From: a virus
Taxonomy: Duplodnaviria > Heunggongvirae > Uroviricota > Caudoviricetes
Length of the DNA stretch: 64,000 nt
Reading direction: 5' to 3' (one strand)
Virus record (IMG/VR): IMGVR_UViG_3300045988_166199
Coordinates: 9,605 to 73,604 of that record
The notes below the pieces were generated by a model. The model saw nothing but the letters and a program-made list of their open reading frames with translations. It made no database searches and was not told where the DNA came from. The position numbers and the translations under genes were made by a program. Shown here one piece after another: positions 61,610 to 64,000 of this stretch (its first letter is position 1; the number at the start of each line of letters is the position of its first letter).

Positions 61610-61999
61610 ATGGGCTTCCCTTCTCCTGCGGCGGATTATGCTGAGAGCCGTATTTCTCTTGATCAGCAGATAATTAGACATCCTTCAGCGACCTACTTCT
61701 TGAGGGCAGCTGATAGTCATCATCATGAGGGAATATTACAGGGTGCATTGCTGGTGGTCGATTCCTCACTTACCCCGGTTGATGGTTCTCTGCTTGTATG
61801 CGCTCTGGATGGGGAATATCGCGTAAAAAGATACCGGAAGTATCCACGTCAGCATCTGGAGGATTTAAGAACCGGTAAGAAGGAAGCATTGCCAAAGGAT
61901 GACGATGGATGCACGGGCAGCAATGCCGTGTTTGGTGTGATTACTCACATTATCAACGACGCAAGAAGTGGCGAGTTTGATGATTGTCCCGTGATGTAG
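61610..61999 (+). CDS. UmuD'-like protein (HumD-like, lacks the N-terminal autocleavage segment)
   Basis: Begins MGFPSPAADY, aligning with the post-cleavage N-terminus of UmuD (GFPSPAADY); Ser (ADSH) and Lys (RVKRY) dyad positions retained; no umuC follows. Confidence 0.75.
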   Translation: MGFPSPAADYAESRISLDQQIIRHPSATYFLRAADSHHHEGILQGALLVVDSSLTPVDGSLLVCALDGEYRVKRYRKYPRQHLEDLRTGKKEALPKDDDGCTGSNAVFGVITHIINDARSGEFDDCPVM

Positions 62000-62011
62000 G
62001 AGAACTGATTA

Positions 62012-62036
62012 GGCGGTGCAATGCACCGCCTTTTAT
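62012..62036. terminator. bidirectional hairpin terminator
   Basis: aggcggtgc aa tgcaccgcct tttat between convergent UmuD'-like gene and mrp. Confidence 0.7.
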
Positions 62037-63136
62037 CACACTGCGCGGAATGCGATCTCGCCAGGTATTACTTCGCCTTGCCAATACATTTGGGCAGCAA
62101 CGCGATCTGCGAGGTCACGATAAATAGCCGTAAATTCGCTATCTGGACGACTAATAACGGTTGGTGTTCCGTTATCCAGATCTTCACGAAGAGAGATATG
62201 AAGTGGCATTTGGCCTAACAACTGCGTGTTGTATTTCTCGGCCAGTTTCTGTGCGCCACCGGTGCCAAAAATTGGCTCGTGATGACCGCAGTTACTGCAA
62301 ATATGCACACTCATGTTTTCGACGATACCCAGTACCGGCACTTCGACTTTTTCGAACATCACAATGCCTTTCTTCGCATCGATCAGCGCGATGTCTTGCG
62401 GCGTAGTTACCACAACCGCACCAGTTACAGGAATGTTCTGCGCCAGCGTCAACTGAATATCACCAGTGCCCGGCGGCATATCGAGAACGAGATAGTCCAG
62501 ATCAGGCCATAGAGTTTCCTGCAACATCTGCATCAGCGCCTTGCTGGCCATCGGCCCACGCCACACCATTGCATTGTCGTCGGTGACCAGATAACCAATA
62601 GAGTTGGTTGCCAGGCCATGAGACATGATAGGTGCCATGTGAGTACCGTCCGGTGAGGTTGGACGTTGGTTTTCCGCGCCCAGCATGGTTGGAATTGATG
62701 GACCATAGATATCGGCATCCAAAATACCAACTTTCGCACCTTCAGCAGCCAACGCCAGTGCCAGGTTTACCGCCGTGGAGGATTTACCCACGCCGCCCTT
62801 GCCTGAGCTGACGGCGATAATGTTCTTAACGCCATTAATGCCTGGTTGGTTTTTGACGCGCTTAAGCGTGGCAATGTTGTACGACAGCTTCCAGTCAATA
62901 GCCTTTGCGCCAGTGATACGGAGCAGATCACCACTACATTGCTCTTTCAGGTCTTCAAAAGGCTTATTCCACACGAAAGGCATGATTAGTTCGACATGCA
63001 GTGTGTCATCCATCAACGCAACATGGTGTAACGCTTTAAGCGTAGTCAGGTTGTGTTTCAGGGTTGGGTGCTGAAAATTAGCCAGCGTACCGGCTACCAT
63101 TGCTCTCAGGGCATCCGGCGATTTGGACTCGCTCAT
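62036..63136 (-). CDS. apbC: Fe-S cluster carrier ATPase Mrp/ApbC
   Basis: Walker A SGKGGVGKSS, CxxC motif, near-identity to enterobacterial Mrp as recalled. Confidence 0.95.
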   Translation of the reverse strand: MSESKSPDALRAMVAGTLANFQHPTLKHNLTTLKALHHVALMDDTLHVELIMPFVWNKPFEDLKEQCSGDLLRITGAKAIDWKLSYNIATLKRVKNQPGINGVKNIIAVSSGKGGVGKSSTAVNLALALAAEGAKVGILDADIYGPSIPTMLGAENQRPTSPDGTHMAPIMSHGLATNSIGYLVTDDNAMVWRGPMASKALMQMLQETLWPDLDYLVLDMPPGTGDIQLTLAQNIPVTGAVVVTTPQDIALIDAKKGIVMFEKVEVPVLGIVENMSVHICSNCGHHEPIFGTGGAQKLAEKYNTQLLGQMPLHISLREDLDNGTPTVISRPDSEFTAIYRDLADRVAAQMYWQGEVIPGEIAFRAV

Positions 63137-63293
63137 CCCGTCTCCTTTATTTTAATTTGCGCAATTGTCGCCTTGTAGTGTACTCCAGCTACGACATTTA
63201 ATCATTTATGAGAAATGCTGTTATCACATGGCAGACATAAGGCCATTTTGTTACTATCAAGCCCCTTTTCACTACAAAGAAGTAATGCCTACT

Positions 63294-64000
63294 ATGACCC
63301 AAGTCGCGAAGAAAATTCTGGTGACGTGCGCGCTGCCGTACGCTAACGGCTCAATCCACCTCGGCCATATGCTGGAGCACATCCAGGCTGATGTCTGGGT
63401 TCGTTACCAGCGAATGCGCGGCCACGAGGTTAATTTCATCTGTGCCGACGATGCCCACGGTACGCCGATCATGCTGAAAGCACAGCAGCTTGGTATCACA
63501 CCGGAGCAGATGATTGGCGAAATGAGTCAGGAACACCAGACTGATTTCGCAGGCTTTAACATCAGCTATGACAACTATCACTCGACGCACAGCGAAGAGA
63601 ACCGTCAGTTGTCTGAGCTTATCTATACTCGCCTGAAAGAGAACGGTTTTATTAAAAACCGCACTATCTCTCAGTTGTACGACCCGGAAAAAGGCATGTT
63701 CCTGCCGGATCGTTTTGTAAAAGGCACCTGCCCGAAATGTAAAGCGCCAGATCAATACGGCGATAACTGTGAAGTCTGCGGCGCAACATATAGCCCGACT
63801 GAATTGATCGAGCCGAAATCGGTGGTTTCTGGCGCTACCCCGGTAATGCGTGATTCCGAACACTTCTTCTTTGATCTACCTTCTTTCAGCGAAATGTTGC
63901 TGGCATGGACCCGCAGCGGTGCGTTGCAGGAGCAGGTGGCAAATAAAATGCAGGAGTGGTTTGAATCCGGCCTGCAACAGTGGGATATCTCCCGCGACGC
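63294..64000 (+). CDS. metG: methionine--tRNA ligase (N-terminal part; continues beyond window)
   Basis: [43 protein letters not shown]... HIGH-type motif and zinc knuckle CPKC..C..CG; E. coli-like. Confidence 0.95.
   Translation, partial: MTQVAKKILVTCALPYANGSIHLGHMLEHIQADVWVRYQRMRGHEVNFICADDAHGTPIMLKAQQLGITPEQMIGEMSQEHQTDFAGFNISYDNYHSTHSEENRQLSELIYTRLKENGFIKNRTISQLYDPEKGMFLPDRFVKGTCPKCKAPDQYGDNCEVCGATYSPTELIEPKSVVSGATPVMRDSEHFFFDLPSFSEMLLAWTRSGALQEQVANKMQEWFESGLQQWDISRD

Noticed and set aside
62036-63136. Walker-A KGGVGKS protein considered as a ParA partition ATPase for the iteron replicon
   Set aside because: Full-length sequence matches Mrp/ApbC, is divergent from metG as in the enterobacterial chromosome, and lies 28 kb from the replicon.
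63351-63863. 170-aa minus-strand ORF
   Set aside because: Antisense to the highly conserved metG coding sequence.

Overview
Most of this window (about 1 to 54,100) is one large phage-like mobile element with E. coli-type genes at the right end (apbC/mrp and metG, 62,036 to 64,000). The element carries a T4-like DNA replication, recombination and nucleotide-metabolism gene set (helicase, primase, ATP-dependent ligase, DnaE-type polymerase, DnaQ-like exonuclease, gp32-like SSB, flap endonuclease, RecA/UvsX-like recombinase, SbcCD-like nuclease, RuvC-like resolvase, NrdAB, thymidylate synthase, DHFR, RNase H, phage-type Dam methylase). It also carries a P1-type plasmid replicon: a RepA-like gene flanked by iteron arrays, a GATC cluster and a DnaA-box-like site. 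The gene set resembles SSU5/pHCM2-like phage-plasmids, but that assignment is from memory and inferred. Accessory content includes a cluster of four tRNA genes, a visibly AT-rich islet with an Abi-like two-gene cassette and a further unknown gene, a tyrosine integrase with an XRE regulator, and several opposite-strand single-gene insertions. A type I restriction-modification operon (hsdM-hsdS-hsdR) sits at 54,191 to 60,121, and a pre-processed UmuD'-like gene lies next to mrp. The best candidate for an undescribed system is the AT-rich islet at 11.2 to 15.0 kb, bounded by short att-like repeats next to the integrase. All calls rest on motifs read by eye; no database search or composition calculation was run.
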